In this document: piece by piece, positions 13,011 to 26,812 of the stretch
Layout: every line of letters begins with the position of its first letter
How positions within the stretch are numbered: the stretch's first letter is position 1
Source of the DNA: Squalus acanthias
Taxonomy: Eukaryota
Reading direction: 5' to 3'
Assembly (NCBI GenBank): GCA_030390025.1
Contig: CM059431.1
Coordinates: 108,936,001 to 109,000,000, forward strand
Length of the DNA: 64,000 nt
Program-made: the position numbers and the translations under genes
The notes under the pieces: model-generated
The model's database searches: none
Seen by the model: the letters and a program-made list of their open reading frames with translations, nothing else
What the model was told of the DNA's origin: nothing

Positions 13011-14778
13011 CTGGCCCCGATTTCTCCGACCGAGACGGGTCCAGGGCGGCTGGGGTCGGTGTCGCGGTCCCAGCCTGCTGCCTACTGCAGCCCGCACTCT
13101 CCAAGTGATTTTGCCCTGATTGGCCTTGTTAATCCCGCCCTGCGAGGTTCCCGGCCAATTAAAAGGAAGCGGGTCGGATGATGTCATTTGATGACGAGTC
13201 ATCAGTCGGTTTCCTTAAGGGGGCCATGTCCAAATTGATTTTGACAGTTGTGCTGTCAGTGTTCTACAGCATTGAGGTGCTGCAAACACTGACAAGCACT
13301 GCACAAAGGGGCACAGCTGCACCCAGGCTCTCCCATGACTCCCTCCATATGCTTAGGAAGGGAGTCACAGCAGGCAGGGAGGTTCTCTTCCCTTCCAATG
13401 GACGGAAGAGACCTCCCCAGGAGATCAATGCAGCCTGGTTACACATTACACAGGAGGACACAAGCAGGGATGTCGTCAGGAGGACCAGGCTGCAGTGGCA
13501 CAAACCTTTCAATGATCTCAGTAGATCACAAAACATTACTGCCAAGCCACACTCAACCTCATCCTGCTATGCCACTCATCACATCCCCATCACTCTGCCT
13601 TCCCTACCTTACTCCTGCACATCCTTACTCACACCAACTTACCTTGCACTTCCACCCATCCCTCTCTATCTACATTATCACATCATCATTTCACTAGCCA
13701 TCCCTCACACTCACCCTCATCCTAGTCCAATCATACCAACTAACAACACACAAGGGTAGGCACTTGAGTGGTTTAGTCAATGTTCATGTGAAGTTTCTGG
13801 TAATGTGCTGTCAAACATTGAAACCTTTATTTTCAGCACTTTGCGTTCTTGAACAGATTGTGTGCAGCTTTGGAAGTGGCTTAGTGAGTTGTAGTGAATG
13901 GTGAGACATAACTGTACCCCCTGCAATGGTGATGAGTGTGAAAGGAATGGCTTGGGCATTGTAGGGATGTTTTATGGTTTTGGTATGGGCTGGTGCCAAC
14001 CTGGTGCATCATGTGGCATCCAGGGTGTACAGCATCAAGTGAAGTAAATCTGGCCATGGTGAGGCTATCCCTGGCATCCTGGGCAGCAATGTGGTCAGGT
14101 GCTGATGATCTGTGTCCTGTGCAGCATCAGTTGATTGCGGAGAAGGCTGGTGTTGTTGTTGTTGCGGCTGGTGTGCCTGGTGAAGCTGGTGTTGGGGTTG
14201 ATCTTGGTGGGATTATGAGGACCAAGGTGAGATATTTTCAAGGGCAATGATGCTGATGGAATAGATGGCAGGTGAGGTTGAGATGACAGATGCGATCTTT
14301 AAATGGTGAGAGAGGTTGTTCCAATGAGGTGGCACTGGATAGAGAGTTGGCAGAAAGCTCAATATGTCTTCCAAATGCAGTAACCAACAGTTTCTGAGCT
14401 TTGAAAGTGAACAGCTGTAACATGAGATCTTTTATACAACTTTGGCAGCTGTCAGGTCATGAGATAATTCAATGCTGAATCCACTCACGACATGCTGAGC
14501 TGACGTGTTACCCGAGCAGCGGGTAACCCATGGGGGAGCCCGTAAAATTGAAATGTAGGCATAAAGTAACACTTAATTGGATGTTAACTATCTATTTAAT
14601 GATGTCAATTGCCTCCCCGCCGCTTGGTGTCGGGTCTGCTCAGCGCTGACAGACCCGACACCTGGGAGACTCGCGTGGAGGTGGGTTGACAGCGGATTCC
14701 CTACCCGCTGTCAATCTTTGCTATTTTGACAGCTGACCCACCTCTGAACCCTCTTTGAGCGCCAGCAAAATTCAGCCC
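13011..14778. mobile_element. Internally deleted PIF/Harbinger transposon with Myb/SANT remnant (+) and transposase C-terminal remnant (-)
   Basis: About 13310-13525(+) encodes AAPRLSHDSLHMLRKGVTAGREVLFPSNGRKRPPQEINAAWLHI...RRTRLQWHKPFNDL (Myb/SANT-like). 14041-14090(-) encodes IAAQDARDSLTMARFT. Right TIR aaaattcagccc; left TIR not seen. Confidence 0.8.
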
Positions 14779-15833
14779 ACTGCCTTTTTCAGTAGCTGCA
14801 GTTCAAAATGCATTAACTGGCACAAGCAGGAATCAATCTTGGTGCAAGGTGCTGCAAGTCGGTATTTGAATTGGTTTGATTTTCTTTTGTTGCATTTAAC
14901 ACTTTGGTTATGCCAGCCGGCTCGTGAATAGGAAGACATGCAAAGTGCTGCAGTTTATCCATGTTATGTCCAGTGGAAAGATAATTTGCTTACGTGTGCA
15001 AGAACTTTACGTGTGTGGCACTTGAGCAGCAGAATTCAGTCATCTATTAAATGGGTCTTGCGGCCTCAGGTTTTAGGCAAGTTCAGCTGCTGCAACAGCC
15101 AAGAACAGCACGCTCCGTAAATTCTGTTGCTGGTCAGGTATGTTGATCACCACAGCAACCTTAGAAAATGAGTATCTTTTTTAAAACTAGTCTTTCTTAA
15201 AATTAAAAAATTAATAAAGTGCAACTGCAAATATGATTGATATTGCAATTATCTCATCAGATAAAGATAATTTTCCTTCAGTTACTAATCTGTTTAAAAA
15301 AAAATAACTTACAAGCTATGAATGTCTCTTTGATATCATGTTTTACCTAATGTCTAGTAACACTACTGTTTTTTGTACTAACTTTACACAAGATTGTACT
15401 TTTTTTTCCTGGTGAGGCAGGCATGTAAAAACCAATCAATTTGTTTAACTGTCTCCAAATCAAGGTACTCAGAAATCCATGTGGGTAGCATTTATGTTTG
15501 CCCAATATTGGGTGCACACTCTCTCCGTAAGGACACACCCCATTTAACTCAGGCCAGAGATTCTTCGGCAGAAGTTTGAAATAGGCTCAGTGACCCCTAG
15601 TATTCATGAGAGCGCAGTTGGAGTTCAACTAAAACTGAACCTTTTACCAGGACAAAGTACTGGTCGACCTGCTGCTGCTTGTTAGCTAGCACTGTCATAT
15701 CACCTTAGGCACTGGTTTGCAGGGTTACCTGGGGCTGATTGATAAAAATAATATCCCCCATTTACAGATCAAACCGTCCATGTCCCACCAATAAGCCAGG
15801 TGAGCTGGCCAACTATCAAGACCACCTTGGAGT

Positions 15834-17519
15834 CTCTCTCTTAGGCAGTCCCTCGGAACCGAGGATGACTTGCTTCCACACTAAAAATTAGTTCTCAGGT
15901 GACTGATGAGTCCAATGCGGGACCTACAGTCTCTGTCACAGGTGGGGCAGACGGTGGTTGAAGGGGCGGGTGGGTGGGGTGCTTGGGTTGACGTGCGCTC
16001 CTTGCGCTGCCTGCATTTGTCTTCCGCTTGCTCCTGGCGAAGAGGCTTGAGGTGTTCGCCGCCTTCCCGGATGCTTCTCCTCCACTTTGTGCGGTCTTGG
16101 GCCAGGGATTCCCAGGTGTCAGTGGGGATGTTGCACTTTTTCAAGGAGGCTTTGAGGGTGTCCTTGAAACATTTCCTCTGCCCACCTGGGGCTCTCTTGC
16201 TGTGTCGGAGCTCCGAGTAGAGCGCTTGTTTTGGTAGTCTCGTATCGGGCATGCGGACGATGTGACCCGTCCATTGGAGCTGATCGAGCGTGGTCAAAGC
16301 TTCGATGCTGGGGATGTTGGCCTGAGCGAGAACACTGATGTTGGTGCGCCTATTCTGCCAATGGATTTGCAGGATCTTGCGGAGGCAGCGTTGGTGGTAC
16401 CTCTCCAGTGCTTTGAGGTGCCTGCTGTAAATGGTCCATGTCTCTGAGGCATACAGCAGGGCGGGTATCACTGCTGCTCTGTAGACCATGAGCTTAGTGC
16501 CGGGTTTGAGGTCCTGGTCTTCAAACACTCTCTTCCTCAGGCGACTGAAGGCTGCACTGGCACACTGAAGGCGGTGTTGGACTTCGTCGTCGACGTCTGC
16601 CCTTGTTGACAGTAGGCTCCCGAGGTATGGAAAGTGGTCCACGTTGTCCAAGGCCTTGTCGTGGATTTTGATAATCGGGGAGCAGTACTGTGTGGCGGGG
16701 CAGGTTGGTAGAGGACCTTTGTCTTACGGATGTTTAGTGTAAGGCCTATGCTCTCATACGCTTCAGTGAAGGTGTTGACGATGGTTTGGAGTTCGACCTC
16801 TGAGTGAGCGCCGATACAAGCGTCATCTGCATACTGTAATTCGATGACAGAGGATGGGACAACCTTGGATCTGGACTGGAGGCGACGGAGGTTGAACAGT
16901 TTTTCGTTTGTTCTGCAAATTAGCTCCACTCCAGCGGGGAGCTTATTGAAGTTGAGATGGAGCATTGCAGCAAGGAAGATCGAGAAGAGCATTGGTGCGA
17001 TGACACAGTCTTGCTTGACCCTGGTCCGCACGTGAATTGGGTCTGTGGTGGAACCGTTGGTCAGGATCATGGCTTGCATGTCGTCGTGAAGCAGGCGGAG
17101 GATGGTGACAAACTTTTGAGGGCAGCCGAATTTGGGGAGGACACTCCATAATCCCTCATGGTTGACAGTGTCGAAAGCCTTTGTGAGATCAAAGAAGGCC
17201 ATGTACAGCGGTTGGTGCTGTTCCCTGCATTTCTCTTGTAATTGACGCGCGGTGAAGATCATGTCCGTTGTGCCCCTTAGTGGGCGGAATCCGCGTTGCG
17301 ACTCTGGGAGGAGTTCTTCGGCCACTGGGAGAAGGCGATTGAGGAGGATTCTTGCGATGACTTTCCCTGTGGCAGACAGCAGGGAAACTCCTCTGTAATT
17401 ACCGCAATCGGACTTGTCACCTTTCTTGAAGATGGTCACAATTACGGCGTCTCGGTTCCACCACAGACCCAATTCACGTACGGACCGGGGTGAAGCAAGG
17501 CTGTGTCATGGCACCAACT
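15834..17519 (-). mobile_element. RTE-clade LINE, 5'-truncated, frameshifted RT with C-terminal zinc finger
   Basis: NYRGVSLLS, FFDLTKAFDTV, LQYADD, CPTCDRDCRSRIGLISH. 12-bp TSD ccaccttggagt at 15822-15833 and 17520-17531. Confidence 0.95.
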
Positions 17520-18234
17520 CCACCTTGGAGTACTACAAACCTTTCTGGTGCAGTCAGTCATCGGGTTAAGTATGACACTCTTGATACACATGCAAAACTT
17601 TGGGAAATTAGGTATAGATCAAGAGGTCAGGCACTGAAATCAAATAAAAATCAAGAGAAAGTACAAAGAGACACAAAAATATGCAATTATGCCACTGGAT
17701 AAAGCCATAAGACTTGGGTCTATTGAACAAGGAATAGAGATAAAATGCAAGTACACCCCAAGTGTGAAGTGGTATGAATTAGATAATAAATAAATAGGTA
17801 TTTCCATTCTGAACATTGAGCTCCAGGTGCACTTGTTCCTTAAAAAAACGTACAGTGTCATCAGTGAGAAGTCCATCAATGGTAGATGGTGTACTGCAGT
17901 TTTTCTGCGATTCCCAACTGTGGCACATCTTCTCTGTGGTGGGCTTAACCATCAACCCATTTTCCGTGTGCTAGCTTAGCTCTGAGGCCACATTCAGTCG
18001 TCATTACATGTCCCTTATTCTCTAAATATGTTTTCCTACACAGCAACAGTAACTGCATTTCCAAATCTAATTAATTGGCTGTGAAGTGCTTTGGGATGAC
18101 CTAAGGATGTGAAAGGCGCTATGCAAATGCAAGTTATTTCTTTTTATTCGTAACTGTTGGGTATATGACTGATTCCCTAGTATGATTTTTTTGGTGATCT
18201 CGTAGTGAGGATATGATTAGCTCTCTAATAATCT

Positions 18235-18660
18235 ATTCACCCATCACCTCTGTACTCGCTGACCTACATTAGCTCCCAGTCTGGCAACGCCTCTCTATCG
18301 CCTCACCCCTCCCCATCTCTGTAGTCATCTCCAGGCTACAACCCTCTGAGATCTTTGTGCTCCTCCAATTTGGACCGCTTGCGCATCCCTGATTTTCATT
18401 GCTCCATCATTGGCGGTTGTGCCTTCTGCTACTGAGGCCCTAAGCTCTGGAATTCCCTTACTAAACCTCTCCGCCTCTCTCTCCCCCTTTAAGACGCTCT
18501 TTAAAACCTACCTCTTTGACCAAGCTTTTAGTCACGTCTCCTAATATCTCCTTATGTGGTTAGCTGCCAAAGTTTGTTTGATAATCGCTCCTGTGAAGCG
18601 CCTTGGACAATTAACTACATTAAAGGCACTATATAAATGCGAATTGTTGTTATTGTTGTT
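18235..18660 (+). mobile_element. L2-clade LINE 3' fragment
   Basis: ccatcacctctgtactcgctgacctacatt...ctctggaattccct...aaaggcactatataaatg, followed by gtt tail. Confidence 0.88.
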
Positions 18661-20665
18661 ATGAGTCTAATTACTTCATGATCTTCTGATGGTTTCCCGA
18701 TTCCCTACAGCTGAACGTTGTGAATGCTGGTTTTCTAATAATCTAGCAGAATATGCATCCAATTCCTTTGCAATCTACTGCAGGATTGACCCAACCAAAC
18801 AGCAGCCTCATTTATTTGACCTTCCCCTTTGGATCTGAATTCTGGAGTAGTATCTTTGCAAATTAGCATTCCTGTGCTCTTCACTAAACTTTGCTGTACT
18901 GTAGTTTAGCTGAAAGTCAGATTACGAGAAATTCAAAGTCCTCTGTTGTTTACCCAGAGTAGGGCAAGCTGCACATTACAAAGTTATTGATTCCATTTCT
19001 TACAATGGGGCTCTTGTATGGTCATTGTTAACAGATCAGCAAGTGATATCACACCGTATACACCTAAGGTCACGCTGAAGATGCCTAATTGAACGTACAA
19101 AAATTCAAATGGACTTGGGCTCAATTACCCTTTCACCACCCAAAAACAATTCCACTGGGCTTGTAGTTTGTGCACGGATATGGGATCGACGGGAAACACA
19201 ATGTTGGCCTCTTTCACAAAATGATGCAATGGCATCAGTATTATCCTGGAAAGATAGCCCATTGATCTTTCAGTCTCATCTTTTCCTTCTTCTACCGTAT
19301 TAGATTAGCCTCTCCTTGCTCAAGATCTATGACAAAACTCTTTCCTTCAAAGACTATTTTAGCCTTTCAGCTGAAAATCTCCTGCAAAATGTGACCATAT
19401 TCTTTCAGGCAGAAATTTCCCAAAAGCAAAATTTCCCTGACCGTCTGAAAAGTGTATATATACAGTAGTATTTCCAATAGAATTTTTATAGCCATAGTAT
19501 AATATAATGAGCATTTCTATATGTGTGACAGACCAAATTACTTATGACTACATGTCAAAAGTGGAGATGATTTTCAATTCTCACTCCATGCTGAACTTGC
19601 TGATCTCATGCAGGGTTGAAATAGGCGGTGCTACAATTAATTTTGTTAACCCTGGGCTCGGTATGGAGGGAAAAAAGGTTAAGGGTTCCTGTACTTGATA
19701 GCTATCCAGTGACTAGCTGGAAATAGATGTATGGATGCTGAGGAAGGACAGAATTGGGTTCTGCGATGATGGCCCCACAGTTGCACTCATTGTCCAGATT
19801 GACAAATGGAGAATGGGCACTTGGGTGAGGAACCAGGGGGGCTGTTGCTACATGTGGAAATATACAGGAGAGGTACATATTTAGAAAATGAGAGAGAAAA
19901 TAAGGAATAAGCATAGCAACAGGAACTAGCACAGAAGGACAGCAGATTGGTGCCCCATAGTCAGTCACAAGAAGTAAGTTGCACTGTTGCAGTCAACCTC
20001 CTACTATGAGCAGGTTGACCACCTACCCTCTCAATTAGGCAACAAAATGCGTGATGAGGAGATCGGAGAAGGAGAGGGGATGTGTAAAATTACTTATAAT
20101 CCCCCAAATATGTAGAAATACAAGCGTGTTCAGTTCTGAATTGCACAGCTAAAGTATCCTCTCTTAAGCAGAGATTCTGATCCAGTTTATCTGAAGTCAC
20201 TACAGGTTTTGTGTTCTCTTTCAAATAAAAAGTAACCAGAGCCCTATATTCTGCCTGCAGTTCAATAGATTTTACTGAGACTACGCTCAAAACCAATTGG
20301 TCTGTCAGGAAATTGAAAGTATTATCTCTGAAACAGAAGAGAACAAGAAAGTCTATGAAAATATTGGTCTCCTACAAAACTTTTCATGATAGTTGCAGCT
20401 AGCGAATGAGACAGGGACTTAACTAGGCTTAGTCAGACTCAGACAATGTCAAGAGAGAGTACAAGTCAATACTGAAAAGGGCTTCCAATCCAATAACTCA
20501 CTGCAATGTGTCAGAAAAACCTCCGCTGAATCCCCAATGAGTCGCAGTAACTTCCATTGCTCATAGTTTGCATGTCTCACGTTGCTTCCTATTCTTCCTG
20601 TGCACTATACCTGTGGTCCTACTGAACAGGCAGATCAACTATTTTCTGCTTTTTATTTCCTCGGT

Positions 20666-21236
20666 AACAACAACAACAACTTGTATTTATATAGCGCCTT
20701 TAACATAGTAAAATATCCCAAGGCGCTGCACAGGAGTGTTACAAGACAAAAAATTTGACACCGAGCCACATAAGGAAAAATGAGGGCAGGTGTCCAAAAG
20801 CTTGGTCAAAGAGGTAGGTTTCAAGGAGCGGCTTAAAGGAGGAAAGAGAGGCGGATAGGTTTAGGGAGGGAATTCCAGAGCTTAGGGCCTAGGCAACAGA
20901 AGGCACGGCCGCCAAAGGCTGAGCGATTATAATCAAGCTCAAGAGGGCAGAATTAGAGGAGCACAGAGATCTCGGGGGATTGTGGGGCTGAAGGAGATTA
21001 CAGAGATAGGGAGAAGGCGAGGCCATGGAGGGATTTGAAAACAAGGATGCAATTTTGAAATCGAGGCGGTGCTTAACCGGGAGGCAATGTAGGTCAGCGA
21101 GCACAGGGGTGATGGGTGAACGGGACTCGGTGCGAGTTAGGACACGGGCAGCCGAGTTTTGGATCACCTCAAGTTTACGTAGGGTGGAATGTGGAAGGCC
21201 AGCCAGGAGTGCGTTGGAATAGTCGAGTCTAGAGGT
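20666..21236 (-). mobile_element. L2-clade LINE 3' fragment
   Basis: Encodes IQNSAARVLTRT...SPITPVLADLHCLPV; (aac)n tail on the + strand. Confidence 0.92.
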
Positions 21237-22258
21237 ACACGGTACATGGTTTCTGAAATTTCTACGAAAATGCCAGAAACACTATGCAGCCGAAGAAGAG
21301 AAAATAGAAGCATGTAATTTGTTCAGTAAAAGTAACGGTATCAAATATCCTGCACCGACCGGTTATACTACATCGTGCTGTAATTCCTCTAAAGCTAACA
21401 GATGATCAAGTCTGTGCAGTTGTTTGTTATCTTTTCATTTTATATAAGTTTTACATTTGGAAGCGTCACACCATCAGTCCAAGATGGACAAACCAACACC
21501 TCAAGGACTTCAAGACCAGATTTTGTCAGGCCACAGGTTAGGAGGTTCCAAATGTGAGCATTTTATTCAGAGAATACAATTAAACTACTAAAGTGATTCC
21601 AAATGTGTCTGCATATTGGACCTTATCCTGCATTGCTGATCTTAAAAGATGCATTACCCATTTTTATAGGCCCTTGCTGAATTCAATATAAAAAATAATA
21701 TAATGGAATTAAGTCGGGCAGTTTAACTTAATTCCTGATAGAGGTAGCCCTACAGCACAGAATTACCCACAGGTCTACTTGGTACGGAAATGCACGTGTT
21801 CCAGATTTTTACATAATAACTTGTATTTTGGGGCTGATAATGTGGTGTTTCAAGCAATGCTGTGACGTCAGTCCCTCATGCATGGTCTCTTACCAATCCG
21901 CAGTGGTCCTGGCACTATTATATAATGTCCTCATGTAAAAGAGATGGACCAAGCAGAAAGTAGGGAGACCGAAAGTATAGTTAAAAAGATTGTTTTTTCA
22001 GTAAACATTTGAATGCAAGTAAAAAATGGTTTCGAAAGAGAATTCCACTGAGTTTATTATTGATATGGTACAGGGACAACAGCGCTCAAGCTAATATTTT
22101 TCTTTGGTCAGCTTAACATCTGCCATGTAAGAAAAGTTTAATATAGTCAAGAGTCTCTAAACCAAGGTAATGATCAATCCACCTAGCTAGAGAAACTGTT
22201 TGCCCAATATATGGGAATATTTCCACCATTCAGTGTTTATGACTCGTTCTTCATACAT

Positions 22259-22720
22259 GTGTCAGCTGTGGCTCAGTTGCTAGCACACACGCCCGAGTCA
22301 GAAGGTTGTGGGTTCAAGTCCCACTCCAGGGACTTGAGCACATAAAGCTAGGCTGACACTCCACTGCAGTGCTGAGGGAGTACTGCACTGTCGGAGGTGC
22401 CGTCTTTCGGATGAGACGTTAAACCGAGGCCCCGTCTGCTCTCTCAGGTGGATGTAAAAGATCCCATGCACTATTTCGAAGAAGAGCAGGGGAGTTATCC
22501 CCGGTGTCCCGGCCAATATTTATCCCTCAACCAACATCACTAAAACAGATTATCTGGTCATTATCACATTGCTGTTTGTGGGACCTTGCTGTGCGCAAAT
22601 TGGCTGCCTTGTTTCCCACATTACAACAGTGACTCCACTTCAAAAGTACTTCATTGGCTGTAAAGCGCTTTGAGACGTCTGGTGGTCATGAAAGGCGCTA
22701 TATAAATGCAAGTCTTTCTT
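22259..22720 (+). mobile_element. tRNA-derived DeuSINE (SacSINE1-like), full length
   Basis: A box tggctcagttg, B box ggttcaagtcc, Deu-like core ggaggtgccgtctttcggatgagacgttaaaccgagg, L2-type tail aaaggcgctatataaatgcaagtctttc. Confidence 0.88.
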
Positions 22721-25618
22721 TAACAGTAGAAATCGTGCCCTATCAAGTGCACTTTCTCTTTCCATTGGAACATGCTCCACTTACCTAACTCCAGGGAGTT
22801 TAGGCACAGGTTGGCAATGGCCAACATTAAGGTCGCCCAAGTGTGTGCAGGAATAATGCTAATGTTTCATCAGTTAAGACAGCGTGCCAGAATTAGCATT
22901 GCTTGTTCAGCCAGGATCACCCTATTCATAAAGTTATCACCTGGTATGATTATAGGGGGCAAATTGAGAAGAATTGCAGCCTCCAGTGTTAGGTCAACCC
23001 CTCCAGGTCAATCATGAACAGTATCCTGGAGAACTGTAGGGCTGCCTGGGTCAGGAATCGGATTATGGAGTCTGCACCCGAGGGTTGATTCAGTCCCAGA
23101 CATGTCACCTTGGAGCAAAACTGACTCCAAGGAGATCTTGTTTACCTGCTACACCGCCGCTCCCCTCGCCCAAGGAGAATAGTATTAGTTGCTCATTAAA
23201 TAACTAACAAACACAGGCCTGAATCCTCCTTAAGTGGGCAACAGTTATCAGGAGCTCCTTACAAGTCATGTGGTGAGCAGAGCAACCCACCATAAAATGT
23301 AGCAGTGCATTGCCACTATTCTCCTGACCACGGCACAGATACACACCATATCCCACTGAATGCTGGTTCTACCAGTTGAAGGAATGGAGGTTCAGCAGCT
23401 ATTGCTTGCCCCAGTTATGACTCATATGGACAAAATGGGGGAAAACTATGTTCATAGGTCATATGTCTGAGTGCCAGTGTTATAGCATTAATATTAAAAT
23501 ACCTTTCTACTGTCTATTGAGGATAAAAGCAATACTTCTGGGTTCGTCCTATGGCTCAGCAGGTTTATGCCCTTGAGTAGCTGAGCCATGCAGGTCCACG
23601 TTCAATCCCTGATCTATACTGAGCTAGAGACAGGCTCAGCAATCCTACATTTATAGAGGGAAAAATTGCCATGGGTTCTCACTCCTGATCGTGATCCAGA
23701 AACTCTTCTGGACATGCACGTGTGGGCAGCAGGTGAGCACCGGGTCAGGGGCCCTTCTCCTCAACCCGAATGAACCTGCCTCTAGTCACTGTCAAAGAGA
23801 ACACGTGAAGAATGGGCACTTGGGCGATTGCTGCCTGTGGATCTGTAGACTAAGAGAGTCAACTTCTTCAATAATGGAAGGGAGGTGTGAAAATTGGCAC
23901 AAGAAAAAAAATATTCCAAATAATTAAAATCGTTTTCAATCCCTCCTTAAACAAATGAGTTATCACACCACATTATATTTAATTTACGTGCGCCTTCAAA
24001 GTGTGTAAAAGTGAAGAGAAATCAGTTGTACACTTATGGAGATCTGTACACTTCAGCTTTATTAACATTAATACAATCATTCTTGAATATGTTATGTGCT
24101 GGAAAACTTGTTCATATATTATAAGCTGATAAAGATCATTTAGCATTCTTAAGCTCTGTTTGTACAGGAAAACAGGAGTCTGTTTAAATCTGCTTAGTCC
24201 AAAGTAAATAATTTCATTTCACTTGCCTTCCATGGTTAACTATCTCCAGAAAATACAACTCAGTACAATCCTATAAGGAAACAAGCTTAGCTTCAGTGAA
24301 GCACAATTTCTTGTCTTCTCTCCCACCTTGGCATTTGTCCGATACTAAGGTCTCTCAATTAAAAAGGACACAAAATGTTTATTTAATTAAATGCCAAAGT
24401 CTGATTTTAGACATATAAACCACTTTTCTGGCCTATTTTCTCCTTTGCCCTGAAGGTATACACTCCTGCTTATTTGAATGCTAGCAGTCCTTCACGTCCG
24501 CATCCAAGAAAGCATTCTTCATGAGTAACCCTGACCACATTCTCAGCCACACATGTACACTTTCCAGTGGGAATCAATGGGGAGCAATTAGGAGCAGGAA
24601 CCCTGGATGATGTTTCTCCTCCCTAGTCCAGAGATGGTGAAGCCAATCGCAATATTTGTTATATAGCCTTGGCTGGGATGAACTAACTCAGCATGGAGCA
24701 GAAACTGGACCTGGGACACCACGCGGTGCCTTTATTCACTAAACCAATTGGGGCAACTACAAAATTGCATTTAATTGGATGAGATACATTGACCTGAAGT
24801 GGTGTCAGCTTCCATTAAACAGAACAATCCCTTAATCATCCTATTTATCGGAAGGCTTTTATCAACTAGCTTTAAAATAATCTGTGAAATAGAATAGATC
24901 ATTCCTCCAGCCTGTTCTCATGCAGCTGAGGTTTTGTACACTTTTGAATGGACAGTGGTTTTTGTCAGTCATGTGCTTGGAGTAGTGGTGTAATTTCCTG
25001 ACGTCTGCTGTATAGATGAAATCACAAATCTCATAATGATTAACATCTGCCACAAACAAAATCTGATTCATCCAATGACGATTCCTTATGTGTCAACACT
25101 CATGTCGCCTATTTTCATTCGACAAATCTGATCAATTGGTGTCTCAGAATTATTCTCTAAATTTGATTCAGTGAGAAATAAACTATGCTCTGCCCCTGCA
25201 TTACATCATGCAGTTAATAAAAGCCCACAACCAGTAGACGACAGAGTCATAAATACTAATTTTCATATAAATTGTGCCATATTTCCTACATTACAACAGT
25301 GGCTACACTTCAAAAGTACTTCATTGGCTGTAAAGCGCTTTGGGATGCCCTGAGAATGTGAAAGGCGCTATCGAAATGCAAGCCTTTCTTTTTTATATTA
25401 TTCACTTCTTTTTAGGAGCATGTGGAAATGCAAGGGGCACCACCACTGTAGCTGTTCATTTGATAATAGCAAAGCTAAGTCCAGTTTCTGATTACCTTCT
25501 ACCATACTTGTAAATGTGGCAATGGTTTCACCAGAACAGATTCTCTTTCAGTGTCCTTATGGTACAAATTCAACCTGGCACTTCTTCAAATTTCCCAGTG
25601 CCTTGCGATGCAACCACA

Positions 25619-26449
25619 GGGGAATTTTCCCAGCCCTGGGGAAGTGGGTATGGAGGTGGGACTGCCAGGAAAATGGCAGAAACTGGGAGCGGGTACCGAC
25701 CCTGCTCCCAAACCCGCCTCCGTGCCATCTTCCTGGGAGGCGGGTCCCCGACTCGCGCAGGGACCCGTCTCCTCGAGGCGGGAAGGGGATTAGAGCCAAT
25801 TAACTGCCTGTTAACAGGTAGTTAACAGGCAGTTTTGAGGCTTTTCCCCATTTTACCCCTGCGAGTGCGGGCTTCCCGATGGCTGCAAACCTCGCCAGGG
25901 TCAGTGAGGCGAGCAGTGGGTCTGCGGGGGTGAGAGGGGTCGAAATGTCAGCTGTAGAGGTGAGTAATGGGTACAAGTGTGGACAGGTAAGTATGAGTGA
26001 TGAGTGTAAAGTGTTGGAAAAAGTTTCCTTACCTTTGCTTCTTTCTGCAGGCTTCAACCTTTGAGGATCCGGAGGTACCTCATCTCAACGGCAGAGATGA
26101 CAGAATGGCTGCTACATTCTCAGATGCAGCAGCCATCTGCTTTCTGCTGAGGAAAGAGGTCTTGATGAGCCTTCTGTGCAAGGGCTCACCTTAGAACAGA
26201 GATCGTCAGTGTTTGACAGCTTCTCAAAGCTGTCAAATGCTGACAATTCATCTGTCAAAATGTTTTCGACAGATGAAGGGTCATACGCTGACGTCATCTG
26301 TCACCGGCTTTCCCTTAATTGGCTGGTAAGCCCGCAGGGCCAATCAAGGGAAAATATCGTGGGTTGGTCAGACATCACTGGGGGCAGGACTGAAACCCGG
26401 AAACCAGAAGTCCCGCCTCCAGCACGTCTCCATTGAGAAAATCCAGCCC
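25619..26449. mobile_element. PIF/Harbinger-type MITE (same family as 33375-34207)
   Basis: Right TIR aaaatccagccc, degenerate left TIR, colinear with 33375-34207. Confidence 0.8.
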
Positions 26450-26812
26450 TTTGGATCAATGCATTAATGAGTTTACTAACTGCCTCCACTGCTATGCTAC
26501 TTTGGAAGATCCTTGCAATTAATTTGATGTTGTGCACATTTCAGTTTAAGAATTTTGCATTCAGCACAGACTTTTCTTAGTTCACTTTTTTTTTCCTGAA
26601 TTCAAAAAGTGACTCTTCAATACATTTATTCCCAAATTCACTTATGTCTTGTAAAAGAATATTCCTCATGAGGGATCAACATCTTCATTAGTTGTACTGG
26701 GAAGCTCCACTTCCCCATGGAGTGGGCTAAATGTATTTCCTCGTAAAGTGTTCTTTTGTGAGAGCTCCAAAATGAATTAGTTGTTACATGTGCTGATAAA
26801 AGAAATAAGTAT

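Noticed and set aside
15902..15928. Hammerhead-like CTGATGAGTCC...GGAC
   Set aside because: No GAAA after stem II; it is simply the antisense of the RTE codons for SRIGLISH.
22259..22330. tRNA gene
   Set aside because: The A and B boxes are the head of a SINE that continues into the Deu-like core and LINE-derived tail.
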